A DNA stretch of 64,000 bases from a virus. Shown piece after piece: positions 19,219-29,388 of this stretch (positions within the stretch are counted from its first letter, which is position 1; each line of letters starts with the position of its first letter). The notes under the pieces are model-generated. The model was not told the origin of the DNA. It saw only the letters and a list, made by a program, of their open reading frames with translations, and searched no databases. The stretch is taken from IMG/VR virus record IMGVR_UViG_3300025141_000030. One strand, 5' to 3'. The translations under genes and the position numbers were made by a program.

Positions 19219-19947
19219 GTGTCTGAGGACCTCTTAAGGGAGTACATCACAGAGTCACTCTCTGAGGCGGGAATCATTTCTACCCTTGCTAAAGGTGTGG
19301 CAGCGACGGGAAAGGCTGTGAAACAGGGCCAGCGTGTCGGAAATTTATTGTTCCAGCATGATTTTATGGGAGCCTTCGAGGCTTGGCTACCACCTGAGCT
19401 AAAGGACAAGTTAATTAAGCTGAGCTCCAAGGAGTTTTCCCAGGAGGACATAGGGGCCAGACGAAGGGAATTCGACAGGACTACTACTGATCTCGAGGCT
19501 GAGGTCTTGAAAAGACGGGATAAATTGAAAACCGTCGACCCGGCTGATGACGAGGCTAGGAAGAAGATTGAGCTTCAAATATCCCAGTTAAATGATGCGA
19601 TAAGTGCGCTGCAGGACCAGAAGGATGCGCTAGTAGTAACTCCCTCTCGAGGCCTTGCGTCCAAGCTCACGCATCGCATAGCTCGTGATATTAAAGGTGT
19701 GAATATAGATTCCGAGACATCTGGAATAAGGCAGGCGCTAGGTAAGCACTATAAAAAACTGGGGGTTAGTAACGACAAGGAAGGATTTTTGAAAGCCTTA
19801 ATGATGCCGCCAACCAGTGAAGTCAGGGACTTTTATATCGAAGTCGCCAAGAGCTATCACGGCATCCAGAAGATACAGATCGAGACAGGCGATCTTGCAA
19901 GATTGCAGGACAAGCTTGCTGTTGCAGTTGCAGCGGCGAGGAAATAG
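19219..19947 (+). CDS. hypothetical protein with leader-like N-terminus
   Basis: GAGGTG RBS then GTG 19219; SEDLLREYITESLSE. Confidence 0.6.
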   Translation: MSEDLLREYITESLSEAGIISTLAKGVAATGKAVKQGQRVGNLLFQHDFMGAFEAWLPPELKDKLIKLSSKEFSQEDIGARRREFDRTTTDLEAEVLKRRDKLKTVDPADDEARKKIELQISQLNDAISALQDQKDALVVTPSRGLASKLTHRIARDIKGVNIDSETSGIRQALGKHYKKLGVSNDKEGFLKALMMPPTSEVRDFYIEVAKSYHGIQKIQIETGDLARLQDKLAVAVAAARK

Positions 19948-19977
19948 TTATAACATGATTTATCGGTGGAGTCAGTG

Positions 19978-20541
19978 ATGAAATTATCCAGAGAGTTTTT
20001 AAGAAGGCTAATTGTCGAGGAGGCCCTGAAGCCGCAGGATGATGCAGCTGTCAAGGAGCCCATGGGGCTTTCATCCGATTCCCTCGACGACCAGATCGAT
20101 GCCCTGTTTATTAAGTACGAGAATCAGGCAATCGGATCCGTATCCGAGTCTAGGTCACTTAGGTCAGAGCTACCCCACCTGTTTGAGCAGGAGGGTGGCG
20201 AGGAGGAGGAATCCGAGATAAGCGGCGGTGACTCTGAGATCGTGGGCAGTGAGGAAATGACTGCCGAGGAGCCCGCCGAGGAGCGCCAGCCGCCCCTTAA
20301 CATCGACAACTTCGCCGGGTCTGTCGCCAGATTGATAATGAACTACGACAGCCTCTTGGATCCCGTGACTGTCATCCTTAATCGAGCAATGAACTTTTTG
20401 GACAACCGGTATGAAAAGAGCGTTGCTGACAATTTTACAGAGATAATGGCGCAGCAGTATGGTATGGAGCTGAATCCTATCGATGACACGCAGCCACCTC
20501 CGGCCGCTGCCGGAGCAGGATCGACGCCTGCTGGAGCATAA
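19978..20541 (+). CDS. acidic hypothetical protein with conserved leader
   Basis: GGAG RBS; MKLSREFLRRLIVEE; TAGTTA at 19945. Confidence 0.65.
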   Translation: MKLSREFLRRLIVEEALKPQDDAAVKEPMGLSSDSLDDQIDALFIKYENQAIGSVSESRSLRSELPHLFEQEGGEEEESEISGGDSEIVGSEEMTAEEPAEERQPPLNIDNFAGSVARLIMNYDSLLDPVTVILNRAMNFLDNRYEKSVADNFTEIMAQQYGMELNPIDDTQPPPAAAGAGSTPAGA

Positions 20542-20545
20542 CTTC

Positions 20546-20821
20546 ATGGACCTGGATCACAGGAAGAGCGTGCATATTAAGCTGCTGACTGACACGCATG
20601 CTAACTTTCGGATCGCATCATTTAAGCTTAAGCTTTCCATGCAGGAAATGTTTGAGGAGTTTGCCCAGCGAGTGATTGCTGAGGACCCTAAGGTAATGCG
20701 CATACTTCAGGACCTTGCTGATCGCAAGAAGAAAAAATTAGTTAAAAAGTTATCGAAGAGTGACGCGAGCACAATTCTTGATATAATTGACTCGGAGAGT
20801 CCATTTTCACAGGATTTATAG
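20546..20821 (+). CDS. hypothetical protein, possible ribbon-helix-helix DNA-binding protein
   Basis: KSVHIKL beta strand followed by two helices (THANFRIAS..LSMQEMFEEF). Confidence 0.45.
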   Translation: MDLDHRKSVHIKLLTDTHANFRIASFKLKLSMQEMFEEFAQRVIAEDPKVMRILQDLADRKKKKLVKKLSKSDASTILDIIDSESPFSQDL

Positions 20822-20825
20822 CGCT

Positions 20826-21107
20826 ATGCTTAAGGCAATAATAGAGGGTTCAATTAGGGCCCGACTGGCAGACATATATGAGAAGCTGGCACTTACATCT
20901 AGGGGAATTGCAGATCTCAGTGAGAAACTGATGGACCTAATAGATCATGTTTCTGAGAATCGCAAGTCGATCAATGTGTTAATTGAGATGCACACCCAGA
21001 TGATGCAGGCCGTTATGGAGGAGGAAGAGCGTTCAGCTAAAAGGGGCGTTCCCACTTTAATGGACCTGCTTGGCGCGCCTGTTGATGATGATGATATGCC
21101 AAACTAG
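20826..21107 (+). CDS. hypothetical coiled-coil protein
   Basis: In-frame ATG 4 nt after the previous stop. Confidence 0.5.
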   Translation: MLKAIIEGSIRARLADIYEKLALTSRGIADLSEKLMDLIDHVSENRKSINVLIEMHTQMMQAVMEEEERSAKRGVPTLMDLLGAPVDDDDMPN

Positions 21108-21116
21108 GAGAAAATT

Positions 21117-21305
21117 ATGAAAAAAGGATGGATGGATATAATTGTAGAGAAGCTAATAAGTCGCAAGCTGCTGACATTCGCGACAGCAACCGGCCTACTG
21201 GCATTCTCTGACCTTGACAGCGAGACGTGGGGGATGATTGCAGTCGTCTATATTGGATCGCAGGCCGCAGTCGATATTGTCAAGGCCTACCGGGAAAGTG
21301 GCTAA
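21117..21305 (+). CDS. putative holin
   Basis: 62 aa, two hydrophobic segments, KLISRKL motif seen in small phage holins; AGGAG RBS. Confidence 0.5.
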   Translation: MKKGWMDIIVEKLISRKLLTFATATGLLAFSDLDSETWGMIAVVYIGSQAAVDIVKAYRESG

Positions 21306-21712
21306 TGCTGACGCTGGTGGGACTCAAGAAGGCCTGGTCGTGGCTTAAGGCACACTGGTACTGGCCTGTCATTGCCACACTGGGTATTGTCACCCTTGTC
21401 GTTACCAGAAAGCCACCTACGTGGGTTTTTGAGATGATGAAAAAGAATCGTGAGTTCATGGATGAGGAACATGCCGCTATAGACCGTGCTGAGGCCGACG
21501 CCGCTGAGGCTAAGTTTGCCGCCGAGGATAGGTTCAACGAGGTGGTGGAGGAGATTGAGAAGAATCATACTGATCGCAAGGCAGAGCTGGACAAGAAGAA
21601 GGAACGGGAGATACGCAGGATTATCAAGGACACCAAGAACGATCCGACAGCCATCACCAACGAGATTGCCGAGAGGTTCGGTTTCACCGTCATCCTTCCG
21701 GAGGAGTCATGA
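21305..21712 (+). CDS. membrane-anchored coiled-coil protein (i-spanin-like)
   Basis: TAATG coupling to the holin; N-terminal TM helix followed by a charged coiled coil. Confidence 0.45.
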   Translation: MLTLVGLKKAWSWLKAHWYWPVIATLGIVTLVVTRKPPTWVFEMMKKNREFMDEEHAAIDRAEADAAEAKFAAEDRFNEVVEEIEKNHTDRKAELDKKKEREIRRIIKDTKNDPTAITNEIAERFGFTVILPEES

Positions 21713-22185
21713 GGAAGATCATCGCCTCCATGTGCATCGGCCTGATGTGCTTTATTTCACTGCCGACCTACGCGCTGGCCGACGACGATGTCGGAGAGGC
21801 CGTCGCGCCGCTTAACAAGAACCAACGCGCTCCATTTACAGGCACGTTGTTCAGCACCGAGGCTGCCGCCCGACTGTTGATCGACGCTGAGTTTAACTTG
21901 GAGGTTGCCCAGCTTGAGACGGATCGACAGCTTCTCATTCAGGCCGCACAGTTTCAACTGGAGATAGATCGGCGTGATGTGGACATCCTAATGTGGGAGA
22001 CTAAGTACGTCGATGTCCTGTCTATCCGTGACCAGCAGGTGACATACCTGGAGGACAGGCTGGAGAAGCTGGCTCGCCCTGACCACAAGGAGCTGATATT
22101 CATCGGAGGGGTGGCATCAGGTATTGTGGTGGTCCTTTTAACTGCGCTGGCTGTTAACGGAATAAATAATCAGCTGGCACAATGA
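21709..22185 (+). CDS. exported coiled-coil protein with C-terminal TM (spanin-like)
   Basis: Signal peptide, LNKNQRAPFTGTL motif, coiled coil, C-terminal hydrophobic helix. Confidence 0.45.
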   Translation: MRKIIASMCIGLMCFISLPTYALADDDVGEAVAPLNKNQRAPFTGTLFSTEAAARLLIDAEFNLEVAQLETDRQLLIQAAQFQLEIDRRDVDILMWETKYVDVLSIRDQQVTYLEDRLEKLARPDHKELIFIGGVASGIVVVLLTALAVNGINNQLAQ

Positions 22186-22197
22186 TCAGCTAGATAA

Positions 22198-22203
22198 TAT
22201 TTA
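22198..22203 (+). promoter_or_regulatory. TANTTA putative late-promoter motif
   Basis: TATTTA upstream of AGGAG RBS and ATG 22225. Confidence 0.45.
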
Positions 22204-22224
22204 TCTGGTGTGCTAGGAGTAGAC

Positions 22225-23874
22225 ATGAATTACAAACAGCTTAGGAGGGTCCTGAGAGAACGTCTGGACGCCCCCGGATCGCAAGGCGATGATGACCAAA
22301 GGCCTGAGGAGGAGCATCATCCTGTGGCCGTCCAGGAGCTTCCTGTGCAGGACCTGCCCGTTAACGTGGCCGACCTGACTGGCGAGGAGCTAGTCGCGCC
22401 TCCTGTCAATGACGCCGAGTTCCTACCAGGGAACCTACAGCAGCTGCAGCAGGCCGCTAGCGTTTTGGTCCAGCAGGTGCCCCCGCTTCAGATCCAGGAC
22501 TTCTATCACCGCCTCCGACGACTGATCGGAACTGTCATCCGCCAGCAGAATATGGCGGGCGAGAATGACGCCGAGCTCTCCCAGGAGCCGGGCGTCGGTC
22601 AGTCCATCGAGAGGGCCGACAATCCTGACGAGCCTGATTCCGCCGAGTCCGCCACTCCTGAGGTCTCCGAGGCGGCGAAGAGGATCCGCCGAGTGGTTCG
22701 CCAACAGGTGACAGAGCACAGGGTTAGGAAGGCTGTTAGACAGGTGCTTGTGGAACAATCGTCCCAGCAGGAGATCTTAGACGGGTTTAATCGAGAAGGC
22801 TTAGATTATAGGGATCCTTGGAATGATTTTCGAATGATGAATCCATGGATAATAAGACGCCTTAGCGAGAAGCCGATGGAAGAGATTCAGGCCATGCACG
22901 CTGAGTTTGAGTCAGCCGATGACTCGAGAGCAGACGATATTGTTAGAGATGTTCAGCGTGCCTATCTGCCTGGAGCTATTGGTGCTTTAAGAAAGCTAGG
23001 CCCACCTTTCTGGACTGACGCACATGAGGCCGCATATAAGGGAAGCAAGGATAGGGCAGCTACTGGCAAGACTGGCTCTGAGTCTGAACTATTAAAGAAG
23101 ATTTCTGAGCAGCTTAAGGCCGAGGGCGTTAAAATGGGCGTTAGCGCAATTAGGAATGTTTTGGGCAGGTTTAATGAGAATTTAGGAATTAGATACTTTT
23201 TTGACAACAAAGGTGTGGTTATTCCCGAGAAGAAGAGCACATATGAAAAACTCTTACCTCTACTTGTAATGAGCTTTAATCAATTATTTAGGACAGGTGT
23301 GAAGTCCTTTGTTTTTACGTCGCTTTATAATGGAGATCTTAGCGTTGAGCCCTATCAGGATAAGTCCCAGTCCCAAAATGAGATGGTTTTAAGGGAATTA
23401 TATGACGCCTTTGGCTTGGAGTTTATGGATAATGAAAGCTTCGCTGAGCTGTCTAAAAGAATTTTTTCCGAGGTGCTTTTGGGTGGGTTTGAAGATGTGA
23501 AACTTAAGCCCGGCGCAGGTGGTTATGTAGGTCTTCCGTCTGCTACTGATAAGTCACGAAGAGCTGAATATGAAACCGAATTTGGTGCGGAGAATGTCCC
23601 CGCAAAACAAAGTGAATACACCAAGCTTGAAGAGGAAAATCCAGAGATAATACTTAGAAATGCCAAGAAAATTAATGTCAGACTAAAGGAGTTTGAGGAT
23701 GATGTCTCCCGCCTACTCAGGACGTTTACAAAGGATGCTGCCGATGGATACATTAAGCAGACTGAGGACGTTGTTGAGACATTTGAGGGAAATGAAATGG
23801 CTAGAGAAGTTCTTGAAACCGTGGGACAGGCATTTAAAAAACACCAAAAACACGCTGAGAAATTGAAGAAATAG
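22225..23874 (+). CDS. large hypothetical protein with leader motif
   Basis: MNYKQLRRVLRE; similar internal helices RIRRVVRQQVTE and RVRKAVRQVLVE. Confidence 0.65.
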   Translation: MNYKQLRRVLRERLDAPGSQGDDDQRPEEEHHPVAVQELPVQDLPVNVADLTGEELVAPPVNDAEFLPGNLQQLQQAASVLVQQVPPLQIQDFYHRLRRLIGTVIRQQNMAGENDAELSQEPGVGQSIERADNPDEPDSAESATPEVSEAAKRIRRVVRQQVTEHRVRKAVRQVLVEQSSQQEILDGFNREGLDYRDPWNDFRMMNPWIIRRLSEKPMEEIQAMHAEFESADDSRADDIVRDVQRAYLPGAIGALRKLGPPFWTDAHEAAYKGSKDRAATGKTGSESELLKKISEQLKAEGVKMGVSAIRNVLGRFNENLGIRYFFDNKGVVIPEKKSTYEKLLPLLVMSFNQLFRTGVKSFVFTSLYNGDLSVEPYQDKSQSQNEMVLRELYDAFGLEFMDNESFAELSKRIFSEVLLGGFEDVKLKPGAGGYVGLPSATDKSRRAEYETEFGAENVPAKQSEYTKLEEENPEIILRNAKKINVRLKEFEDDVSRLLRTFTKDAADGYIKQTEDVVETFEGNEMAREVLETVGQAFKKHQKHAEKLKK

Positions 23875-23965
23875 TTTTGGTATTTTACCTCTACTAAATA
23901 TACACGGTTATTTAATCTCCTTCCTATTTAATATAGGGTCTTAAGTCCCCCGACGGGAGGGATCT

Positions 23966-24910
23966 GTGAGGAGAGTTGTAAGTTTAGTTGTTTGTCTCTT
24001 GGTTGTTGTCTTTGCTGGAAGCTGCTCTGACTATACGATCTCAAGCGTTCGGCCTGACCCGGTAGTTATAATTCAGAATGACTATCCGGATGTTGATGTC
24101 TGGGTGGACTCATTCTTCCAGCCTAACCCTGTCAACGGTGTGGACATTGTCTGGGTCATTGACACATCCGGCTCCATGACGCAGCATGACCAGCGACTTC
24201 TTGCGGGCATTGAGGCAATGATGAATGCGCTGCCCCCTTCGGGCTGGCGCCTTAACATGATCTCGGCATCTCCCCCCAACGTTCTTAATGAACAGCAGTT
24301 TCCGCTGGTGCCTGGTGACACCGTGGTGCAGGCCACTGACATGTACGCTCACATGACCGTGGGCCACCGTGAGGCCGGCCTAGAGGCTATAATGGAGTAC
24401 ATTAACAACAACATCTACTCCTATACTTGGATGCGTCCTGATGCAGCCCTGCTGGTCGTGTTCGTCTCTGATGAGGAGGACCAGAGTAATCTTTTGGTTC
24501 CCGACTTTAACCAGTGGTACGCCTTTCAGCGTCCCAACGTATTTCTGGCATCAATTGTCAACTTAGCGCCTGCTGAGTCCCTCTGTAACCAGCGTCCCTA
24601 TGATACCGGGGATCGATACATGGACGCAACTAATGCTTTCAACGGCACTATCGTTGATATCTGCTCGGACGACTGGTCGCCTGGCGTTGTTGATGCCAGC
24701 GTTCAGATACAACCCTATGAGTTCTGGGACCTTTCCCACGCTCCTGTTGCAGATACAGTCAGGGTATTTTTTGATAGAGTACTAATAGAAACGGACTGGA
24801 GTTATGACTCTTCGCTGAATAGGGTGATATTTAGTGTATTGCCTCCACCCGGTGTTTTGGTGGAGATTGGCTACGTTCTTGACCAGCAAGAAGAGCCTGA
24901 AGAGGAGTAG
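23966..24910 (+). CDS. VWA-domain lipoprotein
   Basis: Lipobox-like AGSC, MIDAS motif DIVWVIDTSGSM, VFVSDEED. Confidence 0.8.
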   Translation: MRRVVSLVVCLLVVVFAGSCSDYTISSVRPDPVVIIQNDYPDVDVWVDSFFQPNPVNGVDIVWVIDTSGSMTQHDQRLLAGIEAMMNALPPSGWRLNMISASPPNVLNEQQFPLVPGDTVVQATDMYAHMTVGHREAGLEAIMEYINNNIYSYTWMRPDAALLVVFVSDEEDQSNLLVPDFNQWYAFQRPNVFLASIVNLAPAESLCNQRPYDTGDRYMDATNAFNGTIVDICSDDWSPGVVDASVQIQPYEFWDLSHAPVADTVRVFFDRVLIETDWSYDSSLNRVIFSVLPPPGVLVEIGYVLDQQEEPEEE

Positions 24911-24918
24911 GAAGTCAC

Positions 24919-25320
24919 ATGAAACTTAATGAGATTTTTGGCGTACGCTCAATGAAGGAATCGTTTGGACGAGGTAACTCTTACGTCCCTCCCCTTATAA
25001 GGGAGTTTGCAGGCGAACCTGAACCTGAGGAGGACCCAGGCCTTAAGGGAGATGAGTGGAATATGCTCCATGATCCCAATCGCCTAGTTCGGCAGTTTGA
25101 TTTTGATGATGCCAGTATTATGAGGCGTTTTGTGACTGAAGTACTGAGTTTTCAGGAGGATGCTAATCACCACGGCTCACTGTTGATTGAGAATGATTCC
25201 ATCCGCGTAGAGGTGTGGACACATGATGTGAATGATGTTACTGAGCTGGATCGTGAATATGCCGCTGAGCTTTCTGATATCTACGGAGATGTGATGGGGA
25301 CTTACAGTAATGTCGGATGA
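24919..25320 (+). CDS. pterin-4a-carbinolamine dehydratase family protein
   Basis: W...LxRxFxF, NHHG, VWTHDVNDVTELD; N-terminal extension. Confidence 0.75.
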   Translation: MKLNEIFGVRSMKESFGRGNSYVPPLIREFAGEPEPEEDPGLKGDEWNMLHDPNRLVRQFDFDDASIMRRFVTEVLSFQEDANHHGSLLIENDSIRVEVWTHDVNDVTELDREYAAELSDIYGDVMGTYSNVG

Positions 25321-25720
25321 CATTCCACACACCCAGGAGACATTTTTTGTCAGTGAATCGATAGCTAGCGAAATTGATATGAATCAGTTCGCCTCCGGCG
25401 ATGAAGATACTCTCACAGCTGCCGTCCTATCAGCTGAAATTTTTTTAGAGTCTGGCGAGTCGTTTAAGCTTGGTGTGACATCCTGCTCCACTTCTACCGG
25501 CGAGTCGTTTGGTATTGTGGCCAGCGTGGACTCGCCTCGTGTCCTGTCGCTGCTAATAGGACAGCACATAACTTCCATCGCGCTGATCCTTTCTGATGAG
25601 TTAGTATTTGACGTGGATGTTGATGACATGAAGAGGACCATAGAAGTCCAGGCAACTGGAGGACAGTATTTTCTTGTTGCACTTAATTTTGAAAAGAAGA
25701 ACCTAATTATAAAAGGTTAA
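25310..25720 (+). CDS. hypothetical protein
   Basis: ORF in operon. Confidence 0.5.
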   Translation: MSDDIPHTQETFFVSESIASEIDMNQFASGDEDTLTAAVLSAEIFLESGESFKLGVTSCSTSTGESFGIVASVDSPRVLSLLIGQHITSIALILSDELVFDVDVDDMKRTIEVQATGGQYFLVALNFEKKNLIIKG

Positions 25721-25731
25721 GGAGTATTAAA

Positions 25732-25941
25732 ATGAAAGACGACTTTGTAAGTGATGAGGCCAAGCAGGTTCAGGATCTTGGCTGGGATAAATTTATGGAT
25801 GATATTGTTAAGCGTGAGGTTGATGCTTCTGAGGCACATCGCAGATACGTTGATGCTCACCAGGATCATCCTACTAGGAAGCTTGATCGTAGAATTCGTG
25901 AGACCCCTCACAATAGGACCCGGTACATTAGGAAGAAGTAA
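25732..25941 (+). CDS. hypothetical protein
   Basis: AAGGAG RBS; TAATTA at 25704. Confidence 0.55.
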   Translation: MKDDFVSDEAKQVQDLGWDKFMDDIVKREVDASEAHRRYVDAHQDHPTRKLDRRIRETPHNRTRYIRKK

Positions 25942-26672
25942 TGTCTAATAAGATTACTGCATTAATAGATCGGCTGGTGCGTAGCGCCTTGACCGAGGCT
26001 GAGTCATCCACCGGCGTCAGGATTAAAACTGAACGGAATCTTGCAAATGAGATTGCCCTGTCTCTGGATGAGCAGGAGGAAGAGGAAGAAGAGGCAGCCG
26101 AGGAGGAAACAGAGGCTCCTCCTGCTGATGACCCCGAGCCGGTCGGCGATATTTTAGACACTGAGGAGACTGCCGAGGAAGAGACAGGTGGCGGTGAAGA
26201 GGCATCTGCTGAGGTCGATGTCGAGGTAACAGACGATTCCGAGCCTGATGCGTCATCTAAGCCTAAGAGGAAGATGTCGCCCCCGAAAGTGGCGACAGGC
26301 ACCTCATACAAGGATTTTAAGCATAATTTTAATATAATCAGGTCTGCCCGCGCGATTAGTAAGCCCGTTAACGGTGAGAAGATGATTACCAAGACGGGAG
26401 TCAGGCTTCGTAATTATTTTGAGGGACTGACAGGTGCTGAAAAACAGGCACTTCAGAGGTTTATGGTGGGCCTTGCGCAGGTACTTGTGGTTGGAAAGCC
26501 TGCCGCGGATGCCACACGCCCAGACATTAAGAAGACAGAGCCAGAGGCCGTCGACGTTAAGGTGATTGAGCCCGAGCAGACTGACGTTGAAATTGGGGAG
26601 AATCCTCCTGTACGTGTTGTGGGATCTAAATTAGAGGGCATGATGAGATCTAAGAGGAAGCTTTTTACTTAG
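25941..26672 (+). CDS. acidic hypothetical protein, leader-like N-terminus
   Basis: ITALIDRLVRSALTE; Glu-rich tract. Confidence 0.6.
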   Translation: MSNKITALIDRLVRSALTEAESSTGVRIKTERNLANEIALSLDEQEEEEEEAAEEETEAPPADDPEPVGDILDTEETAEEETGGGEEASAEVDVEVTDDSEPDASSKPKRKMSPPKVATGTSYKDFKHNFNIIRSARAISKPVNGEKMITKTGVRLRNYFEGLTGAEKQALQRFMVGLAQVLVVGKPAADATRPDIKKTEPEAVDVKVIEPEQTDVEIGENPPVRVVGSKLEGMMRSKRKLFT

Positions 26673-26711
26673 GCCTTATACAAGTACATGCGGCATGTGG
26701 TACCCTATAAC

Positions 26712-26924
26712 ATGCAAGTTAAAAATTACGAAACATTGAAAATTCCAGTCCGGGGCGGCAATAATCTAGAGGTTTCAATAACCGAAGAGTTCAAGGCCAA
26801 GGTCCGCCAGGCTATGTCCCTTAAAGAGAATGAGGATATTACTGACGATCAGATCGTTAATTTTATCTACTCTTCCTTTAAAAATGCTATTGACAAGGAG
26901 AGCCTGAGCCATGGGAAGGAATAA
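26712..26924 (+). CDS. hypothetical protein
   Basis: ORF; in-frame ATG 26712. Confidence 0.5.
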   Translation: MQVKNYETLKIPVRGGNNLEVSITEEFKAKVRQAMSLKENEDITDDQIVNFIYSSFKNAIDKESLSHGKE

Positions 26925-27144
26925 CAGCCAGTGGCGTCGAGAGCAGCGGAATGAAGAGGCACTTGAAAGACAGGCACTCTATGACAAGTTATCATTGCAA
27001 CAGAAGATTGAGCAGCTGGACAAGACGTTTGGCGTGGGAAAAGGCGCTACGCGTCAGCGCGCTCGACTGACATCACTGATAGAGTCCCCGCCACCATCGA
27101 AAAAAACCAAAAAGGGCGGCAAGAAAAAAGGGCGGAACAAGTAG
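26911..27144 (+). CDS. small basic hypothetical protein
   Basis: AAGGAG RBS; Lys/Arg-rich. Confidence 0.55.
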   Translation: MGRNNSQWRREQRNEEALERQALYDKLSLQQKIEQLDKTFGVGKGATRQRARLTSLIESPPPSKKTKKGGKKKGRNK

Positions 27145-27147
27145 GCT

Positions 27148-27987
27148 CTACTCTGTTCCGAACCGCTGTAGGATATCTCGTTCTATTACTCTTCGACACA
27201 CTGGTCGTTCGCTTTCTAGGCGGCATGCCTGCAGGAGGACACGATGTAGGTCGATGGTGCTTGCGGGTGATGCATAGATAAGGTCCTCTTGTGCCTGCGG
27301 CATCACAAATACCTCCACATCAACTCCCCATAAAATGGCGACTAGCTGCGCTCTCTCATTAAACAGGCACGATCCTGAAGATCCAAACCACCCGTATGTG
27401 TGAACTAATATTGCGCTCCTATTAGCACGTGAATCGATTGTCTCAAATCCCGCGATCTTCCCCTGGAATGTCAGCATATCATGCTGACTTGGAAAGCCAG
27501 TGTAGGTTAAAATATCGCCTGCCTGCGGCGGTTCATTTTGAATGTTTAGGACTAGCGGTGTCCTGCTACTTAATCGTTGATGTGTCAACATAATAGCTAT
27601 ATCATTTTGAGGGTCAGCATAAATTAGTTTAGATTCAACGCTTTCGTTATCTTTGCCCATTATTATAATTTGGTTAGGGTCCATGTCATCTACAACATGC
27701 AGTGCTGTGATTATTAGCTTGAATCCCTTGTAAGTAAAGAAAGTTCCAGACCCGTGCCCTTGTCGACTTGGACTTGTGACCTTGACCGCTGCATTTCTTA
27801 CTCGTCTTTCTACTAGCGTTTGCAGCGATATGGTGACATTTTCCACTCCGCTCTCTGAAAAAAGCTCGTTTATTTTATCGGTCTCTGGTGAGATGTCGCT
27901 TATGTTTTGTGTGCTTAGCGAATTACAGCTTAATAATATTGTTGAAACAAGTGCAAGCGATAGGTGTAAAATGAACTTATAAAACAT
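27148..27987 (-). CDS. trypsin-like serine protease, lipoprotein signal
   Basis: GSG, TALHVV (His), DIAI (Asp), GSSGS (Ser) triad motifs; LLSC lipobox; TATTTA on the minus strand at 28006-28011. Confidence 0.85.
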   Translation of the reverse strand: MFYKFILHLSLALVSTILLSCNSLSTQNISDISPETDKINELFSESGVENVTISLQTLVERRVRNAAVKVTSPSRQGHGSGTFFTYKGFKLIITALHVVDDMDPNQIIIMGKDNESVESKLIYADPQNDIAIMLTHQRLSSRTPLVLNIQNEPPQAGDILTYTGFPSQHDMLTFQGKIAGFETIDSRANRSAILVHTYGWFGSSGSCLFNERAQLVAILWGVDVEVFVMPQAQEDLIYASPASTIDLHRVLLQACRLESERPVCRRVIERDILQRFGTE

Positions 27988-28052
27988 TGAAAAATCCCTT
28001 GCATATAAATATGACGATTTTAATAACAGGGATGAAATTAGGAGAATAAGCG

Positions 28053-28283
28053 TTGAGTCAGGACCAGAAGTTAGTTAAGGAGCTCTTAGGAAAACTTGAG
28101 ACGATCGAGAACGAGGTGACCCTTTTGAGGGATGATCGAAAGACGGTGATTGAAGAGTATAAGGAAAAATTAGACGTGAAGGCGTTTCGTGCCGCCATGA
28201 GGATCTTGAAGATTCGCCAGCAGGCAGATAACGACTTTGTGATAGATGAGATGCTAGATGCCATGGAGGGTAACAATGGATAA
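28053..28283 (+). CDS. GapR/DUF2312 (T4 DsbA-like) dsDNA-binding protein
   Basis: LExIExE...L.DD.K....E.K...DVKAFR..M.I.K pattern; AGGAG RBS. Confidence 0.6.
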   Translation: MSQDQKLVKELLGKLETIENEVTLLRDDRKTVIEEYKEKLDVKAFRAAMRILKIRQQADNDFVIDEMLDAMEGNNG

Positions 28284-28641
28284 TAAGAGTGGATGGGTCC
28301 CTGAGATTTTGTACGAGCAGGATGAGGGAGGCCTCTCCTCTAAGATTCCCTTTGTTCAGGTGCCTGATGGTGAGGAAATGCCAAACATGCTTTTTGTTTT
28401 TGAGTCCCGCGAGACAGGAGAAGTCGAACCGGGCCCAGAGGGTGAAGAGATTCCTGTCGTAGAGCTGGACCTGCACCAGTATGCTGATATGAGCGTCCTT
28501 AAGGAGAAGCTGACATTTATCGAGTATGACAATGTTAGGTTTGCACTCGGCCTTGAGTCTTTTAAGACTGCGTCCATCAAGGGACGTGAAATTACGAGTA
28601 ACATTCGGGTTAATATAGAAGAGGAAAATTTAGGGGAATAG
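28276..28641 (+). CDS. hypothetical protein
   Basis: GGAGG RBS before ATG 28276. Confidence 0.6.
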   Translation: MDNKSGWVPEILYEQDEGGLSSKIPFVQVPDGEEMPNMLFVFESRETGEVEPGPEGEEIPVVELDLHQYADMSVLKEKLTFIEYDNVRFALGLESFKTASIKGREITSNIRVNIEEENLGE

Positions 28642-28673
28642 CGACGACGTTAGCAATATTTATTTAAGACGTC

Positions 28674-29177
28674 ATGACGGCTTTTACCAAAACAATGCTA
28701 GAGCACCTCGCTGGCCTATCCGACCCGCAGGATCGATTTACTCTGGAGGAGGAACGCCAGGAGTGTGTTTTTTATCCAGCTGAAGAGCCTGAGGATGAGA
28801 TAACCCGTCGACGCCTTCACCGCGCCACACATCAGAAGATGGAACGCATGGCTGAGGATCGCGCGATGGGTCAAGTGAGTCGTCAACGTGTTCCGATGTA
28901 TAGTCCCAATGCCGGTGTCAGGGCTCCCCAGTCTTACCTGACTGACCCCCAATTCGATGATCCTATCCCCACAGGACATACACTTCGTGATATATTTTTA
29001 ACGCCAGATGATGAACTCGAAGCTGAGGCTGAGGCTCCTCCAGAGGAATTTGAGGAGGAGTCTGAGACGCCGACCGACACCGTAAACTCCTACGGGTATG
29101 GCCATGGCCGACAGTCAGGACGCCGTCCTGGATTTGGTGCCAGATCAGCCGGATACATTACTAATAATTCTGAGTAG
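28674..29177 (+). CDS. hypothetical protein
   Basis: ORF preceded by TATTTA motifs (28657-28666). Confidence 0.5.
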   Translation: MTAFTKTMLEHLAGLSDPQDRFTLEEERQECVFYPAEEPEDEITRRRLHRATHQKMERMAEDRAMGQVSRQRVPMYSPNAGVRAPQSYLTDPQFDDPIPTGHTLRDIFLTPDDELEAEAEAPPEEFEEESETPTDTVNSYGYGHGRQSGRRPGFGARSAGYITNNSE

Positions 29178-29200
29178 AATTTATTAAATTAGGAGGAAAT

Positions 29201-29374
29201 ATGAAACTTCACGATTCTGTCGTTGAGGCTATAATGCGCATTGTGGATATTTACGGAGGACACCGAGAGGAAATTAAGCTCCGACAGGAGATTGAGAAGA
29301 TAGACTTGACTGTGTACGAGCAAAAAAATCCGCCCCACGCTAGGTTTTTAGTTGAGTCAAAGAATATTAAGTGA
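29201..29374 (+). CDS. small hypothetical protein (57 aa, below the ORF-track cutoff)
   Basis: AGGAGG RBS; MKLHDSVVEAIMRIVDIYGG...ESKNIK. Confidence 0.6.
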   Translation: MKLHDSVVEAIMRIVDIYGGHREEIKLRQEIEKIDLTVYEQKNPPHARFLVESKNIK

Positions 29375-29388
29375 CCTTTGACATCTCG

